Shown: positions 1-9,138 of the stretch, piece after piece
How positions within the stretch are numbered: the first letter of the stretch is position 1
Layout: the number at the start of each line of letters is the position of its first letter
Assembly (NCBI GenBank): GCA_947624635.1
Contig: CANQLF010000001.1
Coordinates: 1 to 33,742 of the forward strand
Origin: an uncultured Bacilli bacterium
Lineage (GTDB): Bacteria > Bacillota_I > Bacilli_A > RF39 > UBA660
Direction: 5' to 3'
Length of the DNA stretch: 33,742 nt
The notes under the pieces: generated by a model
Told to the model about the DNA's origin: nothing
What the model saw: the letters and a program-made list of their open reading frames with translations, nothing else
The model's database searches: none
Program-made: the position numbers and the translations under genes

Positions 1-140
1 ATTTATTGACTTTTATGGTCATTATTTGAATTTAGTATGATTTTATCCTGACGGTTTTCTTACTTTTTGATGTAAATTCATAGTGAAAATTAAAATTTTA
101 AAATTAAACTGTATCGTTCTTTAAAAATTTAAATACATAT

Positions 141-167
141 AAAAATATAGGATATTTTTTCCTATAT
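141..167 (-). terminator. Rho-independent terminator after TasA-like gene A
   Basis: 8-bp stem ATATAGGA (145-152) / TCCTATAT (160-167) with a 7-nt loop. A5 at 141-145 on the + strand gives the U-run for the - strand transcript. Lies about 10 nt past the stop codon (177-179). Confidence 0.55.
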
Positions 168-176
168 TTTTATTTA

Positions 177-827
177 TTAATTATTATTTGGTAAGTTGGC
201 TGCTGCTTGATTTGCTTCAACTTTTATTGTTGCATTAAGAGTCAATCCTTGTAAATTATCTTGTGGTTCGTTATTTTCTTGAATCCATATTAATAAAATA
301 TATTTATCTTCGGATATTGGAGAAGTTATACTTATTGGGTTTGTATTTAATCTATAATCAGTCATATCCCCACCAAACGTACCATTATCTAATACAGAAT
401 ATGTTGTTGAGTCACCTTCTGTTACTTTAACTAGTGCCCAATTTATATCAGAAGGAATACCATTATCTTCTTCATCAATAAGATTATCTAATTTATCTTC
501 ACTAGTTGTCGTTAAATATATACTATAATATGCATCAATTGTTGTATCAGTAGGATCAACTGTAAATGATAATTGGGCAATATCATTATTTTTTAAAGCA
601 CTTTCTATATTTGCATCATCTCCATCAAAATCAGTTGGTTTAATATTTTTTTGACTTACTTCAGTTGATGTTACTGCTATATTCAATCTACCTGTTGTAA
701 TATCTTGTTGTATCGCCTCAGAAGTAGCTGAGAAATAAGCAAACGTAGCTCCTATTATTGCTACTAATAATGTTGCAATTGCAATTATAATTAATAAAAT
801 ATTGCTATCTTTTTTTTCTTTTTCCAT
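177..827 (-). CDS. Secreted TasA/camelysin-like protein, paralogue A, with SipW-type signal peptide
   Basis: ORF-track ORF 177..911 trimmed to the internal ATG at 827 (M29), which is preceded by GGAAGGAGA. N-terminus MEKEKKDSNILLIIIAIATLLVAIIGATFAYFSA fits the SipW-cognate signal-peptide pattern (K-rich n-region, TM helix, G-x-T-F-A-Y-F). The mature part has TasA-like landmarks (TTGRLNI, NIKPTDF, C-terminal TIKVEANQ). Family call is from pattern memory, not a search. Confidence 0.6.
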   Translation of the reverse strand: MEKEKKDSNILLIIIAIATLLVAIIGATFAYFSATSEAIQQDITTGRLNIAVTSTEVSQKNIKPTDFDGDDANIESALKNNDIAQLSFTVDPTDTTIDAYYSIYLTTTSEDKLDNLIDEEDNGIPSDINWALVKVTEGDSTTYSVLDNGTFGGDMTDYRLNTNPISITSPISEDKYILLIWIQENNEPQDNLQGLTLNATIKVEANQAAANLPNNN

Positions 828-883
828 ATATATTCTCCTTCCAAAAATTGCGGGATAAGTATTATCTGTAATCCTACTAAAAG

Positions 884-911
884 TATATAAAAATTCAATA
901 TCAAATGTCAA
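884..911 (-). promoter_or_regulatory. Sigma-A-type promoter of TasA-like gene A
   Basis: On the - strand: TTGACA (906-911), 16-nt spacer TTTGATATTGAATTTT, TATATA (884-889). Same architecture as the paralogue B promoter, with a roughly 50-nt leader. Confidence 0.5.
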
Positions 912-1023
912 TAGTTTCGTGCTTCTTTCTAAATTTTATATTTTCCCCTGAAATTTCAAACAAAAAAATACAGGAAATAAATCCCATATTTTTAATGTAG
1001 CAAATTAATAATTAATTTATTTA

Positions 1024-1728
1024 TTATGATCCAGCTGGTAAATTAGCTGCTGCTTGATTTGCTTCAACTTTTACTGTAGCATTAATGGTTAATTCTTGTA
1101 ATTCATCTTGAGGTTCATTATTTTCTTGAATCCATATTAATAAAACATATTTTTTTTCTGCTTTTGATGCTTGTTCTGTTAATGTTTTTACTTGTTCTGC
1201 AGTTATACTTTCAACTGAGCTACTTTCAGTATTATTAAGTAGTTTATGATTAGTCATGTCTCCACCAAAAGTTCCATCTTCTAATTTTGTATATGTTTTT
1301 GCTCCTTCAGCTTCTGTAACGCTAAGTAATGCCCAATTAATATCTTGTACTACACCATTTTTTGGTTCAGGTGCTGAATCTGCTTTAGGAAGATCTTCTA
1401 GATTTGTTGTAGTTAAATAAAAATTATAATACGCATCAATTGTCGTTCCAGTAAAATCAACAGTAATTGGTAGTTGCGCAACGTCTGTATTTTTTGTTAA
1501 TATTTCATCTGTTAAACCTTCAACTGTAAAATCTGTTGGTTTAATGTTTTCTTGAGAAACTGTTCCTGATGTTGCTTGAACTTTTAGTTCTCCTGTAGTA
1601 ATATCTTGTACATCTACTGTATCAGCTGCACTAAAGTATGCAAAAGTTGCACCTACTATTGCTACTAATAATGTTGCTGCTCCAATTATAGTTAATAGGA
1701 CATTATTATTTTTTCTTTCGTTTTCCAT
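1024..1728 (-). CDS. Secreted TasA/camelysin-like protein, paralogue B, with SipW-type signal peptide
   Basis: ORF 1024..1812 trimmed to the ATG at 1728 (M29), preceded by AGAAGGAGA. N-terminus MENERKNNNVLLTIIGAATLLVAIVGATFAYFSA. N- and C-terminal thirds are closely similar to paralogue A (KYVLLIWIQENNEPQDELQELTINATVKVEANQAAANLP). The middle is diverged, with an extra ~25-aa segment. Confidence 0.6.
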   Translation of the reverse strand: MENERKNNNVLLTIIGAATLLVAIVGATFAYFSAADTVDVQDITTGELKVQATSGTVSQENIKPTDFTVEGLTDEILTKNTDVAQLPITVDFTGTTIDAYYNFYLTTTNLEDLPKADSAPEPKNGVVQDINWALLSVTEAEGAKTYTKLEDGTFGGDMTNHKLLNNTESSSVESITAEQVKTLTEQASKAEKKYVLLIWIQENNEPQDELQELTINATVKVEANQAAANLPAGS

Positions 1729-1784
1729 ATAAATTCTCCTTCTAAAAATCGTGTTACAAATACTATTCACAATTCTAACAGAAG

Positions 1785-1812
1785 TATATAAAAATCCCCC
1801 CCCGGTTGTCAA
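1785..1812 (-). promoter_or_regulatory. Sigma-A-type promoter of TasA-like gene B with a G8 tract in the spacer
   Basis: On the - strand: TTGACA (1807-1812), ACC, GGGGGGGG (1796-1803), ATTTT, TATATA (1785-1790). Spacer is 16 nt. Confidence 0.5.
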
Positions 1813-1856
1813 GGGTTTTTAACAGTTTTTTTCAAAAGCAAGTAATTAATGTAAAG

Positions 1857-2921
1857 TTATTGTTCTTTTAATTTTCTTGTTTGGTCCTCCATAATTAGAG
1901 CTTCTATTATTTCGTCTAAGTCACCTTCCATTACTCTATCTAACTGTTTAGTTGTAAAACCAATTCTATGATCAGTTACACGGTTTTGTGGGTAGTTATA
2001 AGTTCTTATTTTTTCACTTCTATCTCCTGTACCTATTTTACTTCTTCTTTCTGCACCTTGTTCTTTTTCTTGTTCTTTCATTTTTAAATCATATAATCTT
2101 GTTTGAAGTATTTTAATTGCTTTTTCCTTATTTTTAATTTGACTTCTTTCTGTTTGTGAATAAACTATTATTCCTGTTGGAATATGTGTAAGTCTTACTG
2201 CAGAGTCTGTTGTATTAACTCCTTGCCCACCACAACCAGATGAACGTGTTATATCTACTCTTACTTCACTCATATCTAGTTTAAAATCTACTTCTTCAGC
2301 TTCAGGCATAACTAATACTGTAGCAGTTGAAGTATGAACTCTACCTTGTGTTTCTGTTGTAGGTACTCTTTGTACTCTGTGTGCGCCACTTTCATATTTT
2401 AATTTTGAATAAACATTATCACCTTTAACCATGAATTCAATTTGTGAGTATCCTCCTGATGCACCTTCTTCTTCGTTATATACATCTATTTTCCAATCTT
2501 GTTTTAGTGCATATTTAGAGTACATTCTAAATAGATCTCCAGCAAATATATTTGCTTCATCTCCACCTGCTGCCCCTCTTATTTCTATAATAACGTTTTT
2601 ACCATCATTAGGATCTTTAGGTAAAAGGATTATTTCTATCTCACTAAGTAATTGCTCTTTTTGTTCATTTAATTTTTTCAACTCTTCTTTAGCAAATTCT
2701 TCTAATTCTTTATCAGAAAGCATTTCATTAGCCGACGTTATATCTTCAATAATTCTTTTATATTTTTGATAAGCATTATAAGCATCAACTAATTCAGCTT
2801 GTTCTTTATTTAACTCTAAAGTTCTTTTAATATCACTTATAACTTCTGGTTTCATAAGTTCTTCAGTGATTTCATTATATTTTTGTTCAATACTTTCTAA
2901 TCTTTCTATCATAGGTGTCAC
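1857..2921 (-). CDS. prfA: Peptide chain release factor 1
   Basis: 354 aa. GGQ motif ([24 protein letters not shown]) and RF1-type P-x-T region ([17 protein letters not shown]). Typical RF1 length. Confidence 0.95.
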   Translation of the reverse strand: MTPMIERLESIEQKYNEITEELMKPEVISDIKRTLELNKEQAELVDAYNAYQKYKRIIEDITSANEMLSDKELEEFAKEELKKLNEQKEQLLSEIEIILLPKDPNDGKNVIIEIRGAAGGDEANIFAGDLFRMYSKYALKQDWKIDVYNEEEGASGGYSQIEFMVKGDNVYSKLKYESGAHRVQRVPTTETQGRVHTSTATVLVMPEAEEVDFKLDMSEVRVDITRSSGCGGQGVNTTDSAVRLTHIPTGIIVYSQTERSQIKNKEKAIKILQTRLYDLKMKEQEKEQGAERRSKIGTGDRSEKIRTYNYPQNRVTDHRIGFTTKQLDRVMEGDLDEIIEALIMEDQTRKLKEQ

Positions 2922-2968
2922 CCTTTCTTATTAAATTATAACATTATTTAAACAAAAGAAAAAGAAAA

Positions 2969-3391
2969 TTATTCTTCTTCTTCACTTTCATCTTTATCTA
3001 TTATAACTAAGTCTTCTAAATCATCGTCTTCGTAATCTTCATTTGCATCGTAGTCTACATCTTTTTCATCATCTTCGTCGTCATCATCATCTTCGTCGAT
3101 TTCTACATCTATATCATCTTCGTCATCTATAACTATTTTAGCACTGTGTCTTTCTCTTAAATCCCAATTACCACTATCTAGTGCATAAAATCTTTTATCT
3201 GTTGTAAGTGATGTATAAAAGTCACCAATTCTATCTGCATATTCATCATCAGATAATTCTAATAATTTAGCAATTTCTTTAAACAATTCAACAGTTGTTT
3301 TCTGTTCTTTACATTTTTTTAATATTTCATAAGCTATATCAGTGAATGATAATAATTCTAATTCATCTTTTTTCATTTTGTAAATGTTCAT
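2969..3391 (-). CDS. rpoE: DNA-directed RNA polymerase delta subunit
   Basis: 140 aa. N-terminal HARE-HTH-like domain (FTDIAYEILK...LFKEIAKLL...RIGDFYTSLTTDKRFYAL..WDLR) followed by a long D/E-rich acidic tail. GGAGGA RBS lies 6 nt upstream of the ATG at 3391. Confidence 0.85.
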   Translation of the reverse strand: MNIYKMKKDELELLSFTDIAYEILKKCKEQKTTVELFKEIAKLLELSDDEYADRIGDFYTSLTTDKRFYALDSGNWDLRERHSAKIVIDDEDDIDVEIDEDDDDDEDDEKDVDYDANEDYEDDDLEDLVIIDKDESEEEE

Positions 3392-3402
3392 AAATATTCC
3401 TC

Positions 3403-5016
3403 CTACATTTTGTCAGGTGATGATACACCGATTAAATTAAGTGCATTACTAATTGTAATTTGTACTGCTTTAATAAGGGCTAATCTTTCACTTGAGTATT
3501 TAACATCATCACTTAACACTTTTTCTTGTGCATAGTATGTATGGAAAAGTGATGCAAGGTCATATACATAGTTAGCAATCAAATGTGGCAGTTTTTTATT
3601 CGCACTACTTTGAACTATTAATTCAAACTCATATATTTTTTTCAAAATATCATATGCAACTTCATTATCAATTGTTTCAAATTTAGTTGCAAATGGTATT
3701 TTTTTAGCTTTTTCATCATTAAGTATAGAACAGATTCTAGCATGTGCATATTGAATATAGTATACAGGATTTTCATTAGATTTTTTAACAGCTAAGTCCA
3801 TATCGAAATCCATTTGAGTATCTAAGCTACGCATTGCAAAAAAGTATCTTGCTGCATCTATTCCTACTTCTTCCATGAGTTCTCTCATAGTAATAGTAAG
3901 ACCTGTTCTTTTACTCATTTTAACTTCTTCACCATTTCTTAGTAGTCTAACCATTTGTAGTATTTTTATGTGAATTTTATCTTTATCATAACCTAAAGCT
4001 TCTACACTTGCTTTAAGTCTTTTTATATATCCGTGATGATCTGCACCTAATACATCTACTATTTCATCATATCCTCTATTAATTTTATCTAAGTGATATG
4101 CGATATCTGGTACTAGATAAGTATAGTTTCCATCAGATTTAATTAGTACTCTATCTTTGTCATCTCCAAATTTAGTAGTTTTAAACCATACTGCGTCATC
4201 ACACTTATATAGATTATCATGACTTTCAAGTATATTCAAGCATTTTTCGATATTTCCTGATTTTCTTATTGATTGTTCACTTGTCCATACGTCAAATGAT
4301 ACTCTAAAATCTTTTAAATCTTCTTTAATTATTGAGGTTAATGTATCTTTTGCGATATTAGAAAAATATGTATCATCTTCATCTAATTTTGTATCTTTAT
4401 ATTTGTCATATAAATCTTGTGCGATATCTATTATTTCTTGTCCGTGATAACCATTTTCTGGTAAATCTTTTTTAATACCACAAATAGTTGAATATCTTGC
4501 TTTTAATGATTTACCTAAGTTTTCTATTTGAACACCACCATCATTAAAGTAGTATTCTCTTGTTACATCATATCCTGCAAAATCTAATATCCTACATAAA
4601 TTATCACCGTAAGCTGCACCTCTTGATGTACCAACGTGTAAAAGTCCTGTAGGATTAGCGCTTACAAATTCTACATTTATCTTAATATTTTTTTTATCTT
4701 TAGCTCTACCATAATCTTTATCTTCTTTAATAACTTTATTAATGTTATCAAATAAATATTTCTTATTTAAATAAAAATTTATAAATCCAGGATTAGCTAT
4801 TTCTATTTTTTCAATATTTTCATCATTATTAAATGAATCTTTTATAGTATTAGCAATATTCATTGGATTATCTTTTAATACTTTTGATAGTTTTAAAGCA
4901 ACATTACTTGAGTAATCACCATTTTTTTTATCTTTTGGCACTTCAAGTTCAATATTTGATTTATCTATATTAAGTTTTTCACTTATTTTTGTTATTAAAT
5001 AATCTTTAATATCCAT
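3403..5016 (-). CDS. argS: Arginine--tRNA ligase
   Basis: 537 aa. Class I synthetase motifs ANPTGLLHVGTSRG (HIGH-like) and KMSKRTG. C-terminal anticodon-binding (DALR-like) region. Confidence 0.92.
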   Translation of the reverse strand: MDIKDYLITKISEKLNIDKSNIELEVPKDKKNGDYSSNVALKLSKVLKDNPMNIANTIKDSFNNDENIEKIEIANPGFINFYLNKKYLFDNINKVIKEDKDYGRAKDKKNIKINVEFVSANPTGLLHVGTSRGAAYGDNLCRILDFAGYDVTREYYFNDGGVQIENLGKSLKARYSTICGIKKDLPENGYHGQEIIDIAQDLYDKYKDTKLDEDDTYFSNIAKDTLTSIIKEDLKDFRVSFDVWTSEQSIRKSGNIEKCLNILESHDNLYKCDDAVWFKTTKFGDDKDRVLIKSDGNYTYLVPDIAYHLDKINRGYDEIVDVLGADHHGYIKRLKASVEALGYDKDKIHIKILQMVRLLRNGEEVKMSKRTGLTITMRELMEEVGIDAARYFFAMRSLDTQMDFDMDLAVKKSNENPVYYIQYAHARICSILNDEKAKKIPFATKFETIDNEVAYDILKKIYEFELIVQSSANKKLPHLIANYVYDLASLFHTYYAQEKVLSDDVKYSSERLALIKAVQITISNALNLIGVSSPDKM

Positions 5017-5382
5017 CTACATCACCTCGTAAGTAATATCTATTTCACATATGTTATCATCATTCACTATAAACTGTATTAATATGTGATTATTTTTATT
5101 AATTAATTTAGTTGTTTTAATATTTAAGTTTGTATATAAGTTATTTTCTTTAATTAAATATATATTATCATTTGTTATTTCATTATAAATAAAATTATAG
5201 GTTAATGATGTATCATTATTATCTTTTATAAATTTAATAGCATCTGACAATATAATTTTTATATCATCACTATTATTTTTAAAAGTAATTATGTCATCAT
5301 TTATAAAACCTATTTCATCATAATTTATTATGTTATTTAATGCACTATTTTTAAAATAGCCTTTTATCCTAATTTTATTCAT
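5017..5382 (-). CDS. DUF1934 (YwiB-like) beta-barrel protein
   Basis: Small ORF abutting the argS start, as ywiB does in Bacillus. Start moved from 5406 to the ATG at 5382 (MNKIRIKGYF), which has GGTGGA 5 nt upstream. The 5406 ATG would fall at or before the predicted transcription start. Confidence 0.6.
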   Translation of the reverse strand: MNKIRIKGYFKNSALNNIINYDEIGFINDDIITFKNNSDDIKIILSDAIKFIKDNNDTSLTYNFIYNEITNDNIYLIKENNLYTNLNIKTTKLINKNNHILIQFIVNDDNICEIDITYEVM

Positions 5383-5411
5383 AAAAATCCACCACGACAA
5401 ACTCATTTGAC

Positions 5412-5420
5412 ATTATACCA
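5412..5420 (-). promoter_or_regulatory. Extended -10 element (TGGTATAAT) for the DUF1934-argS-rpoE-prfA operon
   Basis: Reverse complement of 5412-5420 is TGGTATAAT. A second TATAAT lies at 5425-5430 (- strand). No good -35 seen. Confidence 0.4.
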
Positions 5421-5495
5421 CAACATTATACTTTTTGCACTCATATTTTATAATTTTTTTTTCATACTAATAAATGAAATTGGAGTTGGGTAATT

Positions 5496-7463
5496 ATGAG
5501 GAAAATTAAAAAGTTTATTAAATGGAATTTTTTGCTTATTTTACTTGGAATTTTGGGTGTTGGTGCATTTTATTTAGTTGCTTATATTAATCCAAAATTA
5601 GAAATAAAAAGTGCGAATAGTTTTAGCTTTTATGATAAAAATGACAATTTATTTTTTACAGGTAACAATAACAAAGAATGGGTCAATATAGAAGATGTAT
5701 CAGAAAACTTGATTAATGCGACTATTTCTATAGAAGATAAATACTTTTATAAACATAAAGGTTTTGATTTTTTAAGAATAATGAAGGCAATGTATATGAA
5801 TGTTATTAATAAAGATATTGTACAGGGTGCTTCTACTATAACTCAACAATATGCAAGAAACTTATATCTTACTATGGAAAAAACTTGGAAAAGAAAATTA
5901 GATGAAGCTTGGATTACTACTAGATTAGAAACTCATTATTCTAAAGATGAGATTTTAGAAGGATATTTAAATACTATTAATTATGGACAAGGTGTTTATG
6001 GTATTGAAAATGCTGCTCATTTTTACTTCGATAAAAGTGCGAAATCTCTTACTTTAGCAGAAGCTTCTATGCTTGCAGGTATTCCTAACTCTCCATCTAA
6101 TTATTCACCTTTAGTAGATGAATATAGTGCGAAAAAAAGACAAAAATCTGTTCTTAATATGATGGTTAAGAATGGTTATATAACAGAAGAAGAAATGGAT
6201 GATGCTTATAACACAACTCTTACTTATTATGGTAAAAAAGAAAAATATAATTTAGCTACTTTGATGTATTATCAAGATGCAGTTATAGATGAGTTAGAAA
6301 GTATCGATTCTATTCCTCCATCATTTTTATCTACAGGTGGTTTAAAGATATATACTGCTTTAGATATAGATGCACAAACTGTTTTTGAAGAAGCAATGCA
6401 GAAGAATATGACAGATTATACGGAAGCTCAAACTGCAGGTGTTATGATGAATCCTAATAATGGTGAGGTTATTGCTTTAATAGGTGGAGTTGATTATGCT
6501 AAAAGTGAATATAATAGAGCTGTAACTGCGAAAAGACAAGTTGGATCATCTATGAAACCTTTTCTTTATTATGCAGCTTTAGAAAATGGTTTTACTGCTT
6601 CAAGTAGATTTTTATCTTCTCCTACTACTTTTACTTTTGCAAGCGATAAAACTTATACTCCTAAAAATTATGCAGATAAATATCCTAATAAAGAAATATC
6701 TTTAGCAACCGCACTTGTTTATTCTGATAATATTTATGCGATTAAAACTCACATGTTTTTAGGTGAAGATGTATTAGTTAAAACTGCAAAAAGAGTTGGA
6801 ATAGATGCAAAGTTAGATGCAATACCATCTCTTCCTTTAGGAACTAATGAAATAAGTATCATGGATTTTGTTGGTGGATACGGTAGTTTTGCAAATACTG
6901 GATATAAGGTAAATCCACATATTATAAAAAGAGTTGAAGATAGTAATGGTAACATTTTATATAAAGCTAAAGATACTAAAGAACGTGTATTAAATGAAAG
7001 CACAGTGTTTATTTTAAATGAGTTGTTATCTAACACTTATAGTTATGATTTTGTAGATTATTCTACACCGACACTTATTAGTATTGCACCTAAGCTTACT
7101 CAAAAATATTCTATTAAATCAGGAAGTACAGATACAGATTTTTGGACTGTTGGTTATAATAAGGATTTAGTACTTGGTATTTGGTATGGATATGATGATA
7201 ATAAAAAGGTAGATTCATCTGAATCTAGAATTAATAAAATGATATGGGCAGATACTGTGGAGGCATATTTTAAAGATAAGGAAACATCATGGTATGATAT
7301 ACCAGAAGATGTTGTTGGCGTTTTAGTTAATCCTGTAACTGGAGAACTTGCTAAGGAAACTGATAAAAAGAAACATATTTGTTATTATATAAAAGGTACT
7401 GAACCAGGTAGTGATGGAGATATTCTAAGTGTTGAAAAACAAGAAGAGAAGAAAGAAGAATAA
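5496..7463 (+). CDS. Bifunctional class A penicillin-binding protein (glycosyltransferase + transpeptidase)
   Basis: 655 aa with an N-terminal TM anchor. GT51 motifs: EDKYFYKHKGFD, GASTITQQYARN. Transpeptidase motifs: SSMKP (SxxK), YSDN (SxN), KSGST (KTG-like). Confidence 0.9.
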   Translation: MRKIKKFIKWNFLLILLGILGVGAFYLVAYINPKLEIKSANSFSFYDKNDNLFFTGNNNKEWVNIEDVSENLINATISIEDKYFYKHKGFDFLRIMKAMYMNVINKDIVQGASTITQQYARNLYLTMEKTWKRKLDEAWITTRLETHYSKDEILEGYLNTINYGQGVYGIENAAHFYFDKSAKSLTLAEASMLAGIPNSPSNYSPLVDEYSAKKRQKSVLNMMVKNGYITEEEMDDAYNTTLTYYGKKEKYNLATLMYYQDAVIDELESIDSIPPSFLSTGGLKIYTALDIDAQTVFEEAMQKNMTDYTEAQTAGVMMNPNNGEVIALIGGVDYAKSEYNRAVTAKRQVGSSMKPFLYYAALENGFTASSRFLSSPTTFTFASDKTYTPKNYADKYPNKEISLATALVYSDNIYAIKTHMFLGEDVLVKTAKRVGIDAKLDAIPSLPLGTNEISIMDFVGGYGSFANTGYKVNPHIIKRVEDSNGNILYKAKDTKERVLNESTVFILNELLSNTYSYDFVDYSTPTLISIAPKLTQKYSIKSGSTDTDFWTVGYNKDLVLGIWYGYDDNKKVDSSESRINKMIWADTVEAYFKDKETSWYDIPEDVVGVLVNPVTGELAKETDKKKHICYYIKGTEPGSDGDILSVEKQEEKKEE

Positions 7464-7502
7464 AACAAGCACATTACTTTATGAAAGTAAATTGCTTGTT
7501 TT
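7463..7502. terminator. Bidirectional terminator between the convergent PBP and serine-hydrolase genes
   Basis: Long hairpin: AAACAAGCA (7463-7471) pairs with TGCTTGTTT (7493-7501). An inner stem pairs TTACTTT (7474-7480) with AAAGTAA (7484-7490). Flanked by A-runs and T-runs. Confidence 0.65.
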
Positions 7503-7507
7503 AAATT

Positions 7508-8854
7508 TTATCTTCTTAGTTTTCCATTTTCTACTTCAACATTAACAGATTTATTATAATTTGGTTCATATTCTCTAATCAATGTATTTAAAAATGCTAA
7601 TTTTAATTTTAACTTTGCCATTTCTTCTCTTAAAGGTTTTACTACTGTTGTTAATGGTAATACAATTTGTGTTGCAAGTTGAACATAGTCTTGTCCCTCA
7701 AAATTATATTCTGTAACAAATTTTTTATTTAATTTTTCTTCTAATTCTTTTGCTTTTTCTAAGCCCATTGATGATGGATTCATTAAAATTGTAGAAGATG
7801 TTAATATTCCATTTTGATCTCCCATATTAACTTGAGTTTTTGTACTTCCTTGGTATGAAGATTCATTTGTTGGTGATAATTTATCTACAAATCCACCTAC
7901 CCCTACACAAGCATTTCCCATAATACCCCTATGCCATCCTTTAACTTTTGAAAACTCACTTTCTGTATATGTATGAGATAAATACTTACTTGGAAAGAAG
8001 TTTGGATTAATATATAAATTTTTAACTAAAGTAATCAAATCATTACTTGATGCAAACACACCAGCGTGACCACTATACCCTCCTAATTTAATAGCTTTTA
8101 AATCATTATTTTTTCCTATCTCTGAATTAGGTGTTCCTGTTATTAAATCCCTTTTTATTTCTGGTACATTTATGAATGTATTTTCTAAATGTAATTTTTG
8201 TATTATATACTTATTTATTAATTCTTCATAACTTAATCCTGTAACTTTTTCCATTACATCTTTAAGACACATCATACCATAATCTATGTAGTTATAATCA
8301 TTTTTTTCTATTACACCCAAAGTGTGTAATATTTGATTAGCTTCTTCAATTGATGTTGCATTATTAATATTTCCTTCTATGTTATATGAAAAAGTAAATC
8401 CCATTATAGTTTTAATATCTAAATTAGTTGCATTTTTATATCTTGGATCTAAATCGGATACTACACTATCGAAATTATAATATCCTTCACTAATTAAATT
8501 ATAAGAAATAATTTGTGCAAATAATTTTGATATTGATGCAATATCAAATATGGCATCTTTACTCATTTTATTTTGTTTATTATCAATATCTCCACCATAA
8601 CTTGTTACATTTATTATTCCTGTATTATTTTGCATTACATATCCTGGTATTGGATTACTGTTCATAACTTCCTTTGTTTGATTAAGTAGTCCAGGTAATA
8701 GTGCATAAACAATTTCTTCTAATGATTTATCTTTGTTATCTTTTAAGACTGGTTCTACTTCATTAATTACTTGTAATATTTCTTCTTTTGATGCATAGCT
8801 TCCTTGTTTTACTGCATCAACTGCAAATTTTTCTGCTATTTTGTTAAAGTTCAT
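7508..8854 (-). CDS. Serine hydrolase, beta-lactamase (class C-related) family; apparently cytoplasmic
   Basis: 448 aa. S-x-x-K nucleophile motif in DIASISKLFAQ, typical of the beta-lactamase/esterase fold family. No signal peptide visible. Confidence 0.6.
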   Translation of the reverse strand: MNFNKIAEKFAVDAVKQGSYASKEEILQVINEVEPVLKDNKDKSLEEIVYALLPGLLNQTKEVMNSNPIPGYVMQNNTGIINVTSYGGDIDNKQNKMSKDAIFDIASISKLFAQIISYNLISEGYYNFDSVVSDLDPRYKNATNLDIKTIMGFTFSYNIEGNINNATSIEEANQILHTLGVIEKNDYNYIDYGMMCLKDVMEKVTGLSYEELINKYIIQKLHLENTFINVPEIKRDLITGTPNSEIGKNNDLKAIKLGGYSGHAGVFASSNDLITLVKNLYINPNFFPSKYLSHTYTESEFSKVKGWHRGIMGNACVGVGGFVDKLSPTNESSYQGSTKTQVNMGDQNGILTSSTILMNPSSMGLEKAKELEEKLNKKFVTEYNFEGQDYVQLATQIVLPLTTVVKPLREEMAKLKLKLAFLNTLIREYEPNYNKSVNVEVENGKLRR

Positions 8855-9138
8855 ATTAGATAATCTCCCCTTTATATATTATACATAATACATTTCTTTT
8901 TTGTTTATTCAATTTTATTTTTTTTAATCTTTTTTTTATTATTTTAACACAATATCAAACTTAATAATTAAGCAAATGCAAAATTTTACAAAATAATATG
9001 TAAAAAGTCCTATTAAACTAATAATAGAACTTTAAAACATTTACAACCGAGATCACTTATTTCTCACAACACCTAGAAGTGATTAACATTTATATTATTA
9101 ATGTCAATATTTTTTGTTAATTTTAATAAAAGATGAAT

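Noticed and set aside
828-911. N-terminal 28-aa extensions of the two TasA-like ORFs in the ORF track (177..911 and 1024..1812)
   Set aside because: The extensions run through the predicted -10/-35 elements and, in copy B, the poly-G tract. They lack an RBS. The internal ATGs (827, 1728) have strong GGAGA-type RBSs and give canonical signal peptides.
5383-5495. T-box or other riboswitch leader upstream of argS
   Set aside because: argS is translationally abutted to the DUF1934 gene. The only upstream non-coding region is about 110 bp and is shared with the divergent PBP promoter, which is too short for a T-box. No specifier or T-box motif was seen.
9052-9083. Inverted repeat ATCACTT...AAGTGAT in the long (284-bp) spacer upstream of the serine-hydrolase gene; possible sRNA or riboswitch
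   Set aside because: It has a 7-bp stem with an 18-nt loop and no U-run. No recognisable riboswitch core is present and there is no conservation evidence, so it is insufficient to call.
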